Shown piece by piece: positions 8,810 to 19,376 of a DNA stretch of 64,000 nucleotides. A program made the position numbers and the translations under genes. Numbering within the stretch: position 1 is the first letter of the stretch; each line of letters starts with the position of its first letter. Origin of the DNA: an uncultured Alphaproteobacteria bacterium (GTDB taxonomy: Bacteria; Pseudomonadota; Alphaproteobacteria; Rhizobiales; Beijerinckiaceae); contig CAVRKL010000001.1 in assembly GCA_963722205.1 (NCBI GenBank), positions 408,933 to 472,932 of the forward strand, given 5' to 3'. The notes under the pieces are model-generated. The model saw only the letters and a list, made by a program, of their open reading frames with translations. It had not been told where the DNA came from and searched no databases.

Positions 8810-9970
8810 TCAAGGACCTTCGTCCTTCAGCGTCTTCGGCAGCAAGTGGGTGGGTAGGAAATAGAGGTTCGCGACGACGGTGGGAATGACCGCCGTCGTG
8901 ATTACCGCCGCGACTAGGCTGGAATATTGCGACAAGTCGATGATGCCGTGCTTCAGCCCGAACAGCGCCGCGATCGTGCCGAAGGTCAAGCCTGTCGACA
9001 TCAGCAGGCTCGAATACATGGCCTCCTTGGTCGTCGACCCGAAATATTTCGCCACCGGAAAAATGCCGGCGGTCTTCGAGAACACCTTGACGATGAAGAA
9101 GAAAACGGTGGCGCCCGGCGCGGCGATCAGCGCCGGCAGCGAGACGAGCGAGCCCACCAGGATGAAGAAGAACGGCGTCAGCAGTCCGAAGGTCAACGTG
9201 CGCAGCCGTCGCATCAACGCATGATCGGCGCCGACGCTGCCGGCGAGCACCATGCCGACGACGTATCCGGCGAGCACGGCCTCGCTGTCGGCCCAGGTGG
9301 CGAGAGCCGCCATGGCGAGCAGGCACAATAGCAGAAACTTCGTCTCCAATTCGGACAAGAGGCCGCCGAACCGTTGGAAGAACGGGGGTGCGATCTTGGG
9401 AAGCAGGATCAGCACCACCACGGCGACGAAGACCGCGACCACCGTCTTTGCTGTGAACGGGGTGAAGGTGAGACCGAGCATCAAAACGGTCGCGACATCG
9501 GTCACGAAGGTCGAGATGAGTAGCGTCTTGCCGTATTCAACCTTGTTGAAGCCGAATTCGAGCATCACCGCATAGACCACCGCCGCCGAGGTTGTCGACA
9601 TGGCGAGGCCCGCGAGCCAGCTCGGCATGACGTCCCAGTGCAAAAGATAGTGGGCGGCGCCGGCGCAAAGCAGAAATGGCGCGATGAAGCTCGCGAAGCC
9701 GATGGCGCCGGCCTCCTTCCATTTGATCTTCAAGACCTCCGGCTCGATTTCGGAGCCGGCGAGAAAGGTCAGCAGCACAGCGCCGACGGTTGAGAGAAAC
9801 TTGATCCAGCCCGAGTCGGCGCCCATGATCTCCGAGCCGAGCAGGAGCTGCGCCAGCACCCCGATCACGATCTCCATGAGAGGGGCGGAGACGCGAAACG
9901 AGTAGGAGAGAAGGCCGGCGATCAGCGCCAGCGCGACCCATAGCGCAGCGATGGACAAGGCTGCAGTCAT
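8810..9970 (-). CDS. Cation:proton antiporter (CPA/Na+-H+ exchanger family)
   Basis: 386 aa, polytopic, with ...FLAGSEIEPEVLKIKWKEA... and other family-like segments. The usp gene follows 20 nt downstream. Confidence 0.8.
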   Translation of the reverse strand: MTAALSIAALWVALALIAGLLSYSFRVSAPLMEIVIGVLAQLLLGSEIMGADSGWIKFLSTVGAVLLTFLAGSEIEPEVLKIKWKEAGAIGFASFIAPFLLCAGAAHYLLHWDVMPSWLAGLAMSTTSAAVVYAVMLEFGFNKVEYGKTLLISTFVTDVATVLMLGLTFTPFTAKTVVAVFVAVVVLILLPKIAPPFFQRFGGLLSELETKFLLLCLLAMAALATWADSEAVLAGYVVGMVLAGSVGADHALMRRLRTLTFGLLTPFFFILVGSLVSLPALIAAPGATVFFFIVKVFSKTAGIFPVAKYFGSTTKEAMYSSLLMSTGLTFGTIAALFGLKHGIIDLSQYSSLVAAVITTAVIPTVVANLYFLPTHLLPKTLKDEGP

Positions 9971-10301
9971 TGCATTTCCTGAAGGCTCGAGTTGTCGTTA
10001 CTGGTCTTTGAACGCGGTGCGCGATTCTTCCAAACTCACGGCGAGCTCGCGCCGCCCGACGCAATTCGCCGTCCGACGCGGGGACCCGCGGTCGAAAGCT
10101 CCAAGACTCTCGCCCCGGGGCTTTCACAAGCGACAGCCTACACGCGCAACGGCGCATGAGGGCGATTAATTGCATCGCCATACGACATATTTGTGGCGGC
10201 CGCAATTATCCGTGGCGCGGGTGCAATCGGACAAAGCCTAAGCCCTTCGTGCGCCATATCACGGCAGCCGCGCGAAAGGCAAAAGGCGACGGCGGTCGCG
10301 C

Positions 10302-11555
10302 TCATTGGGGAACGACGCAGCGCTGTCCGGCGTCATCCGCTCGACCGACGAGATTGGCTTTCACGACTTCGTCGGCCTTCGCTTTTCCCCGCGCGAGATC
10401 GTCGTCATAGATGTTTGTCTTATATTCTGGCGCGGTGGTGGTCGCCTGCGAGGCGTCGACCGGCGTCTGGTCTGCGCGCACGTCGATCGTCGTGACGGTC
10501 GAGAGGCCCGGGCGCAGCGGTTCCTTCGCCAGATCCTCGGGGTTGAGCGAGATTCGCACCGGCACGCGCTGCACGATGTGGATGAAGTTGCCGGTGGCGT
10601 TGTCGGGCGGCAACAGCGCGAAGACGCTGCCCGTGCCCGGCACGAGGCCTTCGACCTTGCCGTGATAGACGACCTTTCGGCCATAGAGATCCGCGACGAT
10701 CGTCGCGTTCTGGCCGGGCCGCACGCGCTGCAGGTCGTTTTCCCAAAGGTTGGCTTCCACCCAGAGGTGGTCGAGCGGCACGATCGTCATGACCTGATCG
10801 CCGGGCTTCACGCGGTCGCCGACCTGCGCCTTGCGCTTGGCGACATAGCCAGCAGCCGGCGCTTTGATGTGCTGGCGCGCGAACTCGATGAAGGCGTCGA
10901 GATATTTCGCTCGCGCCGCGAGAATGTCCGGGTGGTTCGCGCGCGTCACGCCGCCGACTTGCGCCTCGAAAGATTGGGTGTCGGCGTGCGCCTCGCGCAC
11001 GTCCGCCTCGGCCGAAGCGAGCTGATCGCCGGCGTTCTGCAGCACCTGTTGCGAAACCGAGCCGGACGGCGCCGCCTGCTGGTAGCGCGCGAAATCGTGC
11101 CTCAGCTTATCGCGCAGCGCGATGCGCGAAAGAATACGCTCGCAAGCCCGGCGACGGTTCTCGAACAGCGCGCCGACGGTGCGGACCGCGCGCGCGAGGT
11201 CCGCCTCTGCTTGCGCCAGCCCTGCGCTGGCCCGCTGCGCGTCCAGCCGAATGACCAGCTCGCCCAAGTTCACGTTTTGCGTTTCTTCGGCGAGCACCTG
11301 CGTCACGAAACCTGTCGCGTCCGAATAGACCGGGATGAGGTTGCCGGTGACGAAGGCGTTGTCGGTCTGGACGACATAGCGATCGACGGCTCGCCATCTG
11401 AGGAGAAAGTAGAGCGCGACGAGGCCGGCGATCAGCGCGACGAGCGCGAGACCGACGTTTCGACGCATCCTGATCTGCCTGCGGTTCAGCGCTCTGGATT
11501 TTCCCGCCTTCGGGCCGTACGACGCGGCGGCCGCGCCCTCCTGCTGCTCGGTCAC
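10302..11555 (-). CDS. HlyD/EmrA-family membrane fusion protein
   Basis: 417 aa. N-terminal TM, long coiled-coil (QAEADLARA...), C-terminal beta-barrel/lipoyl-like segments. Last gene of the efflux operon. Confidence 0.85.
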   Translation of the reverse strand: MTEQQEGAAAASYGPKAGKSRALNRRQIRMRRNVGLALVALIAGLVALYFLLRWRAVDRYVVQTDNAFVTGNLIPVYSDATGFVTQVLAEETQNVNLGELVIRLDAQRASAGLAQAEADLARAVRTVGALFENRRRACERILSRIALRDKLRHDFARYQQAAPSGSVSQQVLQNAGDQLASAEADVREAHADTQSFEAQVGGVTRANHPDILAARAKYLDAFIEFARQHIKAPAAGYVAKRKAQVGDRVKPGDQVMTIVPLDHLWVEANLWENDLQRVRPGQNATIVADLYGRKVVYHGKVEGLVPGTGSVFALLPPDNATGNFIHIVQRVPVRISLNPEDLAKEPLRPGLSTVTTIDVRADQTPVDASQATTTAPEYKTNIYDDDLARGKAKADEVVKANLVGRADDAGQRCVVPQ

Positions 11556-11556
11556 G

Positions 11557-13092
11557 CTATCCGCCTCCCAGCGATTCGATGAAATTGACGTAGGGCGTTA
11601 GAGCATCGTCCTCCGGCGCGGGCGGCGGCAAGACCGGATTTGGCCCCAGCTCATAGCCGCCGCCGAGGCTCTGAATGAGATCGACGCGGGCCGAGAGCAT
11701 GTCCGCCTCGAGCGCGTTCAGAAAATAGCCCGCCTCGAAGGCGTCGTGAGCGAGCGTCAAGATTTCACGCCGGTCCTTGAGGCCGGAATTCCAGCGGCTC
11801 TTGCCGAGCGCCAGCTTTTCGCGCGCGTCGGCGACGAAGCGCTTCTGCGCGTCCATAACCGTGCCGGTCTCCCGCACGTTGACGAGGCTGTCGGCGACCT
11901 GCTGCGCGGCGCGCAGCAGCGTCTCGTTATATTCGTCGACCGCCTCGTCATATTCTGAGCGGCGCTCCTCCAGCTTGCCGCGCAGCCTCCCGCCTTCGAA
12001 CACGGGAAAATGGAATCCCGGCTGTACGTAGTAGTTGAAGGCCGAGGCGCGGAAGAGATAGGTCGCGAGCTTGTCGATATGCGTCGAGTGCTGCGACGCC
12101 TGAAAGCTCGGGAGGATCGAAAGATCGACGCTCGGCATGAATTCCGCCTTGGCGCCGTGGATGCGCTCGGCCGCCGCCTCGGCGCGGTGCATGGCCGCCG
12201 CGAGATCGGGCCGATGCGCGAGCAACTCGACCGGCAGCGTTTTCGGCAACGGCGGAGCGGGAGGAAGGCCGACACGGCCCTTGACCGCCAAACCGCGCCC
12301 GGCGTCCGGCCCCTGTCCGCCGAGGCGCGCGAGCAGATTTTGCTGCAAGGCCAGCAGCGCCTCGACGCCGGCCTCGCGCTTCAACGCAATCTCGAGATCT
12401 ATGCGCGCGGCGGCGGTCGCGTCCTCGATGTCGAGACCCGTGCGGAAACGCGTCTCCGCGACGCTCACCAGCTCCCGCCGCACTTTGGTCATCTCGCGCG
12501 CGAGCTCGAGCTGGCGGGCGGCGGCGAGACCTCGGAAATAGGCGCGAGCGACAGCGGTGGTGAGCAAGAGCTGGGTCTCGGCGAGCTCCGCCGTCTCCGC
12601 CGCCGTCTCGCCGATCGCCGCGTGCAGCGCCGCCCGGTTTTTCCCCCAGAAATCGAACTCGTAATAGAAGTTCGGGATCAGATTTCCCGCGCTCTTTTCC
12701 TGACCGGCGATGGCGGGATTATAGGACGCTTCGACGCCGTGGCTGGCGACGCGATGCTGGGTCATGTTCATGTCTATTTTGAAGAAAGGCAGGAGGTTCG
12801 CGCCTTCGACCTCGGTGATGGCCTGGGCCTGATGCAGCCGGTCATAGATGCGCTTGAGATCGTGGTTCTCCTCGAGCGCCGCCAGCACGAGGCCGTCGAG
12901 CTCATTGCTGCGGAATTGGCGCCACCAATCCGCGACCGGCCACGCGCCCGCCTCCTTCGCGCCGGCGCGCCCCAGCGTGCGCTCCATGGCGGGCGGCGGC
13001 ACGAAGAGCGCCCGATCCTCGTTGCCGGTGTTGCAGCCGGCGAGCGCGAGCGCCAGCAAGGCCAGCAGATTTACCCTCCGACGCCGCGTCAT
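11557..13092 (-). CDS. Efflux outer-membrane factor lipoprotein (NodT/OprM family)
   Basis: 511 aa. Lipobox LALALAGCN and two OEP repeats. 1-nt gap to the downstream HlyD gene. Confidence 0.85.
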   Translation of the reverse strand: MTRRRRVNLLALLALALAGCNTGNEDRALFVPPPAMERTLGRAGAKEAGAWPVADWWRQFRSNELDGLVLAALEENHDLKRIYDRLHQAQAITEVEGANLLPFFKIDMNMTQHRVASHGVEASYNPAIAGQEKSAGNLIPNFYYEFDFWGKNRAALHAAIGETAAETAELAETQLLLTTAVARAYFRGLAAARQLELAREMTKVRRELVSVAETRFRTGLDIEDATAAARIDLEIALKREAGVEALLALQQNLLARLGGQGPDAGRGLAVKGRVGLPPAPPLPKTLPVELLAHRPDLAAAMHRAEAAAERIHGAKAEFMPSVDLSILPSFQASQHSTHIDKLATYLFRASAFNYYVQPGFHFPVFEGGRLRGKLEERRSEYDEAVDEYNETLLRAAQQVADSLVNVRETGTVMDAQKRFVADAREKLALGKSRWNSGLKDRREILTLAHDAFEAGYFLNALEADMLSARVDLIQSLGGGYELGPNPVLPPPAPEDDALTPYVNFIESLGGG

Positions 13093-13129
13093 GGCGCGAA
13101 AGCCAAAATGCGCGCGTGCATGGCGTCGC

Positions 13130-14722
13130 TCATGTCGGAGAGCTTTCCATGAGCTCTTCGGCCTCGAGATGCGCCTTATCGTCGCGCCGCCAGAAGGCGA
13201 TCAGCGTCGGATGCGCGAACCACACAAGAATCGCCAGCGCGACGAAAACAGCGGCGCCGAGCAGAAAGGCGTCGTTCATCCCGAGCAGCGACGACTGCTC
13301 GCGCATGAGATTGCCCAGCTCGCGAGTGACCGCCGCGGGCTTGACGCCGGCGGCTTCGAGCTTCGCGGTGATTTGCGACAATAGGTCGAGCGAGACGAAG
13401 CGCCTGCCGCCGACATGGTCCGCGAGATCGAGCTGATGGAAAGGCGTGCGGCGGAACTGCACGACGGCGAGCAGCGATATGCCATAGGCGCCGGCGACGG
13501 TGCGCAGAAGCGCGAGCTCTTCCGCCGCCCGGATCAGCTTCGGTCCCGAGAGGCCGTGCATGGCCAGGCTCGCGAGCGGCGCGAAGAAAACCGAGATGAA
13601 GAAGCCCCAGAACAGCACCGGCCAGGAGAGCTGATCGAACCACGCGAACCGATCAAAAAGCCCGAACCAGGTCAACGTCGCCGCGAGCCCTAAAAAATCG
13701 AAAAAGGAAAGGAGGCGCACGTCGACCGTCTTGTTGAGCTCGTGCAGGATGGCGACCATCGGTCCCGCCACGACGAACATCAGCAGATAGGCCATCCCCG
13801 CAAGCGAGGAAGAATAGCCGTTGAGGATCTGCAGCTGGCTGACCAGCATCGACAGCAAGCCCTGGATGATCAGAAAGCCGAACACCGAGCAGAAGGTCGC
13901 GATGGCGTAATTGCGATGCCAGAAGAGCCGCAGATCCAGCACCGGATGGCGTTCGCCGAGCTCCCAGATCACGAAGATGGGAAGGGCTATCGCGACGACG
14001 ACGAGCGCCACTTGCAGGATCGGCGAGTGGAACCAGTCGAAATCGTTGCCCATGTTGAAGATGGTCTGCGCGGCGTAGACGATGGCCGTGAGAAGGACGA
14101 CGCCCACGAAGTCGAAGCGCACGATCCTGGCCTGGAAGCCGCGGCCGTAAAGCAGGGCGCCGACGACGCCCGCGACCAGCAGGCCGACGACGATGTCGGT
14201 ATAAAAGAGATAGCGCCAGCTCAGGAACTCGGCGTAATAGCCGCTCACGAAAACGCCGAGCGTGAAGGGCGTCATGCTCAACACGCCCCAGAGGCCAACG
14301 GCCAGCGTCCTCGAATGTTCCGGAAATTCCCTGAGCGCCAGCGATTGTGCGAGCGGGAGCGTCACGCCGCCGACGAAGCCGAGCGCGATACGCCCCGGCA
14401 GGAACTGCCAAAGCGTCTCGCTCGTCGCGCAAATCCAGGCGAAGAGTGCGTAAAGCAGCATGGCGACGACATAGACGCGGTAATCGCCGTAGCGTCCGGA
14501 AAACCAGCGCGCGAAGGGAAGCCCGAGCGCGAGGCCAACCATGTGGTTGGTCGTCGCCCAACCGCCGAAGCTCGGCGCAACGCCGCCGAGGCTGCCCGAA
14601 ACATAGGGAACCGTGATCGTGTAGCCGGGAACGTTGGAGAGGACGACGATCGTGCCGAGCGCCAGAGTGGCGGTCAAAAGCCACAAGCGCCAGCCGCGCA
14701 GTGGCCTGTTGTCAACGATCAT
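13130..14722 (-). CDS. MFS drug:H+ antiporter (DHA2/EmrB family, 14-TM type)
   Basis: 530 aa, polytopic, with an EmrB-like layout. First gene of the MFS-OMF-MFP operon. Confidence 0.8.
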   Translation of the reverse strand: MIVDNRPLRGWRLWLLTATLALGTIVVLSNVPGYTITVPYVSGSLGGVAPSFGGWATTNHMVGLALGLPFARWFSGRYGDYRVYVVAMLLYALFAWICATSETLWQFLPGRIALGFVGGVTLPLAQSLALREFPEHSRTLAVGLWGVLSMTPFTLGVFVSGYYAEFLSWRYLFYTDIVVGLLVAGVVGALLYGRGFQARIVRFDFVGVVLLTAIVYAAQTIFNMGNDFDWFHSPILQVALVVVAIALPIFVIWELGERHPVLDLRLFWHRNYAIATFCSVFGFLIIQGLLSMLVSQLQILNGYSSSLAGMAYLLMFVVAGPMVAILHELNKTVDVRLLSFFDFLGLAATLTWFGLFDRFAWFDQLSWPVLFWGFFISVFFAPLASLAMHGLSGPKLIRAAEELALLRTVAGAYGISLLAVVQFRRTPFHQLDLADHVGGRRFVSLDLLSQITAKLEAAGVKPAAVTRELGNLMREQSSLLGMNDAFLLGAAVFVALAILVWFAHPTLIAFWRRDDKAHLEAEELMESSPT

Positions 14723-15643
14723 ACAGCCCCCTGCGAGATGCGCGCAAAATCGAATTTTGCCAGCAGGGCGTCAAGCTTTTTAGAGCGAAGTTGTACACGG
14801 ACTCCTACCCTTGGCGCTAGCTGTTAGCCGGTAGGAGTCATCAGCCCAAGGGCGGTTAAAGGCGAACTCCATCGCCCATGCTTGGACGAAACAGAAAGTT
14901 TACGAGTTTGTCAATGGCGCGTGGAGGCTTGAGGCGATTTCCCCAAGAAATCTGTTACTTCGGCAGATACGCCCGTGCCGAAGCCGGAGTGGCTCTTTTG
15001 AGTTGGCAAGGGGGTCACATCTGGCCGATCTGTCTGCACGTCGCGAACCCGACGGGAGCATCGATGAAACTCTCCAACCAGATTCCTTGGCGGTCCCGTA
15101 CGGCCGTCCATCGCGGCCCGCTTGGAGAAGGTTCCTTGTCGTCCCGATGGCCTCGGGGACCAGTTACGCATTTTGGGGAAGCTGATCGGCCCTCTGGTAT
15201 GTTCGGCCGCTGTCGAGTCCTATGAAACTCCAGCACTTGAGAATCTTGCCACTCAATACCGCAAGGTCTTAAGCGACGAACTACGTGTGCGGCTGCCTAT
15301 GCAGTGGGCAGAGACAGAAGCGCACCCCCTGTCAATATGTCGACCCCTTCGCGGTAGGACGATGAGGCGCTCCTCTGGACACGCCTCAACTGAGAAGTGT
15401 TCCTGCCGTGTCGATGGCGGTGAAAATCCGCGCATAGATGGCGCGGTTGCGAGCTTGGCGGCTTCTTTTGGGTTTGCCGAGACGATGATGGTGCGTGGCT
15501 GAGGTTGATGCGGCGGCGCGTGATGGCGTCCTGACGTCACGGCGGATGTTGGGGTAAGCTTGGCCTTTTCAAGGACAAGCACGGCGTCGATCTCGACTTG
15601 GCGGTTCTGTTCGACGCCGTGCCCCACACCGTGCCGGGCACGC

Positions 15644-16168
15644 ATGTCCGATCAATATCGCGGAAAGCAGGGCGCTCGTCCACATGGCGTCGGCCAATCC
15701 GAGCATGACGACGCTGGATCGGCGAGGTTGTTTCTGTGCGCTGGGTGTCGTGCCCAGGCGCTGATTTGTAGCTGTTGCGATCGCGGCCAGATTTACTGCG
15801 CTGGGGATTGCGGCCCTCATGCACGGCGGCGTGGCCAGCGCGCGGCGGGAGCCCGTTACCAAGCCAGCCGCCGAGGTCGGTTCACGCATGCCGAGCGCGC
15901 GCGCCGATACCGGGCGCGATGCAAAAACGTGACGCATCAGGGTTCACCCCCACCGGCTCCCGGTGATTTTCTGTCGTTCGGCTCGCCGACGATCGCGAGC
16001 GACGCAACGACCTCGGATGTCGAACCCCGGCGACCGATCTCGCACTGCCACTGGTGCGGCCGGCGCTGTCCCGATCTCGTCCGCCAGGGATTTTTGCGCC
16101 GCCGCGTCGGTCGTCGCGGCGCGCCGCGACACAACCGGATGGGACGCGACCATGGTGACGCCACCTGA
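15644..16168 (+). CDS. Cys/Arg-rich accessory protein of the IS21-like element (putative zinc-binding, function unknown)
   Basis: ...[63 protein letters not shown]...[10 protein letters not shown]. Overlaps the istA start by 17 nt. Lies inside the IRs. The start codon is uncertain. Confidence 0.5.
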   Translation: MSDQYRGKQGARPHGVGQSEHDDAGSARLFLCAGCRAQALICSCCDRGQIYCAGDCGPHARRRGQRAAGARYQASRRGRFTHAERARRYRARCKNVTHQGSPPPAPGDFLSFGSPTIASDATTSDVEPRRPISHCHWCGRRCPDLVRQGFLRRRVGRRGAPRHNRMGRDHGDAT

Positions 16169-17642
16169 TATCGAGGCGCAAATCCTGCGCTATTATCACG
16201 CCGAGAAGTGGGCCATCGGCACGATCTCCCGTCAGTTGCGCGTGCATCACGACGTGGTGCGGCGCGTGCTGGCGCAAGCCGGTCTGCCGAGGATTGGGTC
16301 CCCACGCAAATCGCCGATCGACGCCTATCTGCCGTTTATCCGTCAGACGCTTGAGGTATTCCCGTCGCTGACGGCCAGCCGTCTGTATGGGATGGTGCGC
16401 GAACGCGGCTATCCGGGCCGTCCCGACCACTTCCGCCACCTCATCGCCTGTTATCGGCCGCGTCCGAAGGCCGAAGCCTATCTGCGTCTGCTCACCTTGC
16501 CGGGCGAACAGGGACAAGTCGATTGGGGCCACTTCGGCCATCTCCAGATCGGCCGCGCGCGGCGTCCGCTGATGGCCTTCGTCATGGTGCTCAGTCATTC
16601 GCGGCAAATTTTTCTGCGCTTCTTTCTGGACGCCCGGATGGAGAACTTTCTGCGCGGCCATGTCGCGGCCTTCACCGCCTGGGGCGGCGCGCCGCGCGTT
16701 TTGTTATACGACAATCTCAAGAGCGCGGTGCTGGAACGGTGCGGCGACGCGATCCGCTTCCACCCCACTTTGCTCGGCTTCGCCGGACAATATCGCTACG
16801 AACCGCGCCCCGTGGCGATCGCCCGGGGCAACGAAAAGGGCCGTGTCGAACGCGCCATCCGTTACGTGCGCGAGGCCTTCTTCGCCGCCCGGGAATTTAT
16901 CGATCTCGATGACCTCAATGGCCAGGCAGAGGCCTGGAGCCTTGGCCCCGCCGCCGACCGGCGCTGTCCCGGCGAACCCCACCGCACCGTGCGGGACGTG
17001 TTCGTTGAGGAAAGAGCCCGCCTGCTCCCGCTGCCTGACACCCCGCCGCCCTTGCTCGAACAGGTCGCGGTGTCGGTGGGCAAGACGCCCTATGTCCGGT
17101 TCGACCTGAACGATTATTCCGTGCCGCACACTCACGTCCGGCGCGTGCTGACCGTACTCGCCGATCCCCGCGAGGTTCGCATCGTCGATGGCGTGAAGGT
17201 GCTCGCCTGTCACCCACGCAGCTACGACAAAGGGGCGCGGATCGAAGAACCCGTCCATGTCCAGGCGCTGGTCGACGAAAAGCGCGCCGCGCGCCAGCAT
17301 CGCGCCAACGATCGCCTCGCCCAGGCCGCGCCGGCCAGCCAAGCCTTGCTCGTGCGCGCTGCCGAACGCGGATCCAATCTCGGCGCCATCACCGCCGCTC
17401 TGCTGCGTCTGCTCGAACGGTACGACGCCGCCGCATTGCAGGCCGCCATCCTCGAGGCGCTGGAGCGCGATGTGCCGCACCCGAACGCCGTGCGCCTCGC
17501 CCTCGAACGTCACCGCGAACAACAAGGCGCCGCCCCACCCGTCGCCATGACGCTGCCCGCGCATGTGCGCGACCGCGATGCGCCGGTGCGGCCGCACGCG
17601 CTCGAAACCTATGACCAGCTCAAGGACGATCAAGATGACTGA
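16152..17642 (+). CDS. istA: IS21-family transposase IstA
   Basis: [29 protein letters not shown] (HTH), the DDE region ...[12 protein letters not shown]...[10 protein letters not shown]...GNEKGRVER, and a C-terminal domain. Confidence 0.9.
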   Translation: MVTPPDIEAQILRYYHAEKWAIGTISRQLRVHHDVVRRVLAQAGLPRIGSPRKSPIDAYLPFIRQTLEVFPSLTASRLYGMVRERGYPGRPDHFRHLIACYRPRPKAEAYLRLLTLPGEQGQVDWGHFGHLQIGRARRPLMAFVMVLSHSRQIFLRFFLDARMENFLRGHVAAFTAWGGAPRVLLYDNLKSAVLERCGDAIRFHPTLLGFAGQYRYEPRPVAIARGNEKGRVERAIRYVREAFFAAREFIDLDDLNGQAEAWSLGPAADRRCPGEPHRTVRDVFVEERARLLPLPDTPPPLLEQVAVSVGKTPYVRFDLNDYSVPHTHVRRVLTVLADPREVRIVDGVKVLACHPRSYDKGARIEEPVHVQALVDEKRAARQHRANDRLAQAAPASQALLVRAAERGSNLGAITAALLRLLERYDAAALQAAILEALERDVPHPNAVRLALERHREQQGAAPPVAMTLPAHVRDRDAPVRPHALETYDQLKDDQDD

Positions 17643-18387
17643 ACCCGACACGCGGCGCGCCCGCGCCGGCGCGCTCAATCTGCATGGACTTCTGGCGCAC
17701 TGGAGCGAGATCGCCAGCGAGGCCTGGGTCGATACGCTGCTGGGCTGGGAGGAACGGGAGCGAGCCCGCCGCGGCTTGGAACGCCGGCTGCGCGCCGCCC
17801 ATATCGGTCGCTTCAAGCCGCTTTGCGACTTCGATTGGAACTGGCCGAAACGCTGCGACCGCGCCGCCATTGACGCGCTGATGACGCTTGAGTTCCTCAA
17901 GGACGCCACCAACGTCGTTCTCGTCGGCCCGAACGGCGTCGGCAAGTCGACCATCGCGCAAAACATCGCTCATCAAACGCTGATCGAGGGACATGCTGTC
18001 CTGTTCACCAGCGCGGGCCAACTCCTGGGCGATCTCTGCGCGCTGGACAGCGACTCCGCCTTGCGCCGCCGTCTGCATCACTACGCCCGGCCACAACTGC
18101 TGGTGATCGACGAGGTCGGATATCTCTCCTATTCCAACCGGCACGCCGATCTGCTGTTCGAATTGATCTCGCGCCGCTATCAAAACAAAAGCACGCTGGT
18201 CACCACCAACCGTCCGTTCGCCGAATGGCGAGAGGTTTTTCCCAACGCGGCCTGCGTCGTCTCTCTGGTCGACCGTCTCCTTCACCACGCTGAGATTGTC
18301 TCCATCGAAGGCGACTCCTGGCGCCTCAAGGAAGCCCGCGACCGGGCGGAGCAGCGCAGCCGCCAGCGCCGCGAGGCCAAATCATGA
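17635..18387 (+). CDS. istB: IS21-family helper ATPase IstB
   Basis: Walker [12 protein letters not shown] and Walker [10 protein letters not shown]. Overlaps the istA stop by 8 nt. Confidence 0.9.
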   Translation: MTEPDTRRARAGALNLHGLLAHWSEIASEAWVDTLLGWEERERARRGLERRLRAAHIGRFKPLCDFDWNWPKRCDRAAIDALMTLEFLKDATNVVLVGPNGVGKSTIAQNIAHQTLIEGHAVLFTSAGQLLGDLCALDSDSALRRRLHHYARPQLLVIDEVGYLSYSNRHADLLFELISRRYQNKSTLVTTNRPFAEWREVFPNAACVVSLVDRLLHHAEIVSIEGDSWRLKEARDRAEQRSRQRREAKS

Positions 18388-18608
18388 GAAAACAGAGCAG
18401 ATTGCCGGCGCATCTTCGTCCGCTCTCGATCGATATTCCCCGCACCTGGACGCCCGAACAGGCTCTGGCCTTGTTCGAGCTGATCGACGATCTGCGCGAT
18501 AAGGTCTGGGCGCTCTATGGCGACCGAATGCAGGCGCTGCTCCGCGATCAACGGGGATGCGGCGGCGCCGGCGGAAATCGTGACGCCAGCGACGAACCAT
18601 CATTCTGA
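18384..18608 (+). CDS. Small accessory ORF (74 aa) coupled to istB (ATGA overlap), function unknown
   Basis: ATG at 18384 overlaps the istB TGA (18385-18387). Lies inside the right IR. No motif recognised. Confidence 0.4.
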   Translation: MRKQSRLPAHLRPLSIDIPRTWTPEQALALFELIDDLRDKVWALYGDRMQALLRDQRGCGGAGGNRDASDEPSF

Positions 18609-19043
18609 ACCGCCGAATATCCTGTGGTTCGATCAAGACGGCCATCCCGTCGTCCCGACCTGAGCGCTGCAACGCTGGCGCGCGCAGCGGCGGTCAAGGA
18701 CGCCCGAAGGGCGCCGCGTGGCGGCGCGAAGCGTCCTTGACGGTCGCGAGCACGACAGCATCTTGGGCGCGGAGGGACGACTCCGTCACGCGCGTCAATC
18801 ACGATGAGAATCCGTTCACGCCGTTTGGCGTGCTCCCGCCGCGCCTCGCGCCAAATCGAAATATCCAGCCCGTAATTGCCGAACCGTGCCCGCCAAAGCG
18901 CCGTCACCCCGCAAGCCGTCGTGGACCCAGACCAACCGCGCCATCTATGCGCGGATTTTCACCGCCGCTAACATGCCGGGCAATTAAAGCGACTCCGTAA
19001 TGTCCCGGTCTCGCTGACGCGCCAATTTCGACGCGCCCCGGCG

Positions 19044-19376
19044 TCAATAAGTCTTGGCGAGATAGTCGCTGATCGTCTTGGCGTCCTTCTCGTCGATCGG
19101 CGCATGATACAGTTTAATCATTTTCTGCACCTCCACCTCCCAGAAAGCTTGTCCCATTTTTGGAGGTTGGAAATTTATGTAGTCGGCCGAATGACAAGCC
19201 GCGCAGTTGTTCCGCGCCGCCTCCACGCCGGGACCTGGCCTGAAAGTCGCCGTCTCATCGGGCAACTTGTAGGACAAAGGCATTGCGAGCGTCACACCCG
19301 TTACGGCGAGCCACGCCCCGCACGCCAACAATATGGTCACGCGCTTGGTCATCACGGCGCGTCCATCATGTAGCAA
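19044..19376 (-). CDS. sorB: Sulfite dehydrogenase cytochrome c subunit (SorB-like)
   Basis: Signal peptide and a single CAACH haem-binding motif. Overlaps or abuts sorA. An alternative start is at 19352. Confidence 0.75.
   Translation of the reverse strand: MLHDGRAVMTKRVTILLACGAWLAVTGVTLAMPLSYKLPDETATFRPGPGVEAARNNCAACHSADYINFQPPKMGQAFWEVEVQKMIKLYHAPIDEKDAKTISDYLAKTY

Larger units (their letters stand above)
15409..18973 (+). mobile_element. Complete IS21-family element with two accessory ORFs (3565 bp)
   Basis: TGT...ACA termini. A perfect 33-bp inverted repeat lies at 15416-15448 / 18934-18966. A 5-bp direct repeat TGCCG lies at 15404-15408 and 18974-18978. The element contains istA and istB plus ORFs at 15644 and 18384. 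Confidence 0.85.

Noticed and set aside
10305-11582. Long plus-strand ORF (425 aa) antisense to the HlyD gene. Similar long antisense ORFs occur at 12010-13152, 13742-14827, 28756-29694, 38184-39794, 41295-42140, 52431-53726, 53521-54795 and 60788-62146.
   Set aside because: These are Arg/Ala/Gly-rich shadow frames, typical of high-GC DNA. They lie opposite genes with clear family signatures and have no motifs of their own.
14800-14839. 10-bp inverted repeat (GACTCCTACC-N20-GGTAGGAGTC) 78-117 nt upstream of the MFS efflux operon, as a possible repressor operator.
   Set aside because: No regulator gene is adjacent, the 20-nt spacer is atypical for TetR/MarR operators, and there is only one occurrence. 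I cannot support a function.
15122-15502. 126-aa ORF crossing the left end of the IS21-like element.
   Set aside because: It runs across the TSD and terminal inverted repeat. The mirrored peptide ...APSMRGFSPP... on the other end simply reflects the IR. It is not a gene.
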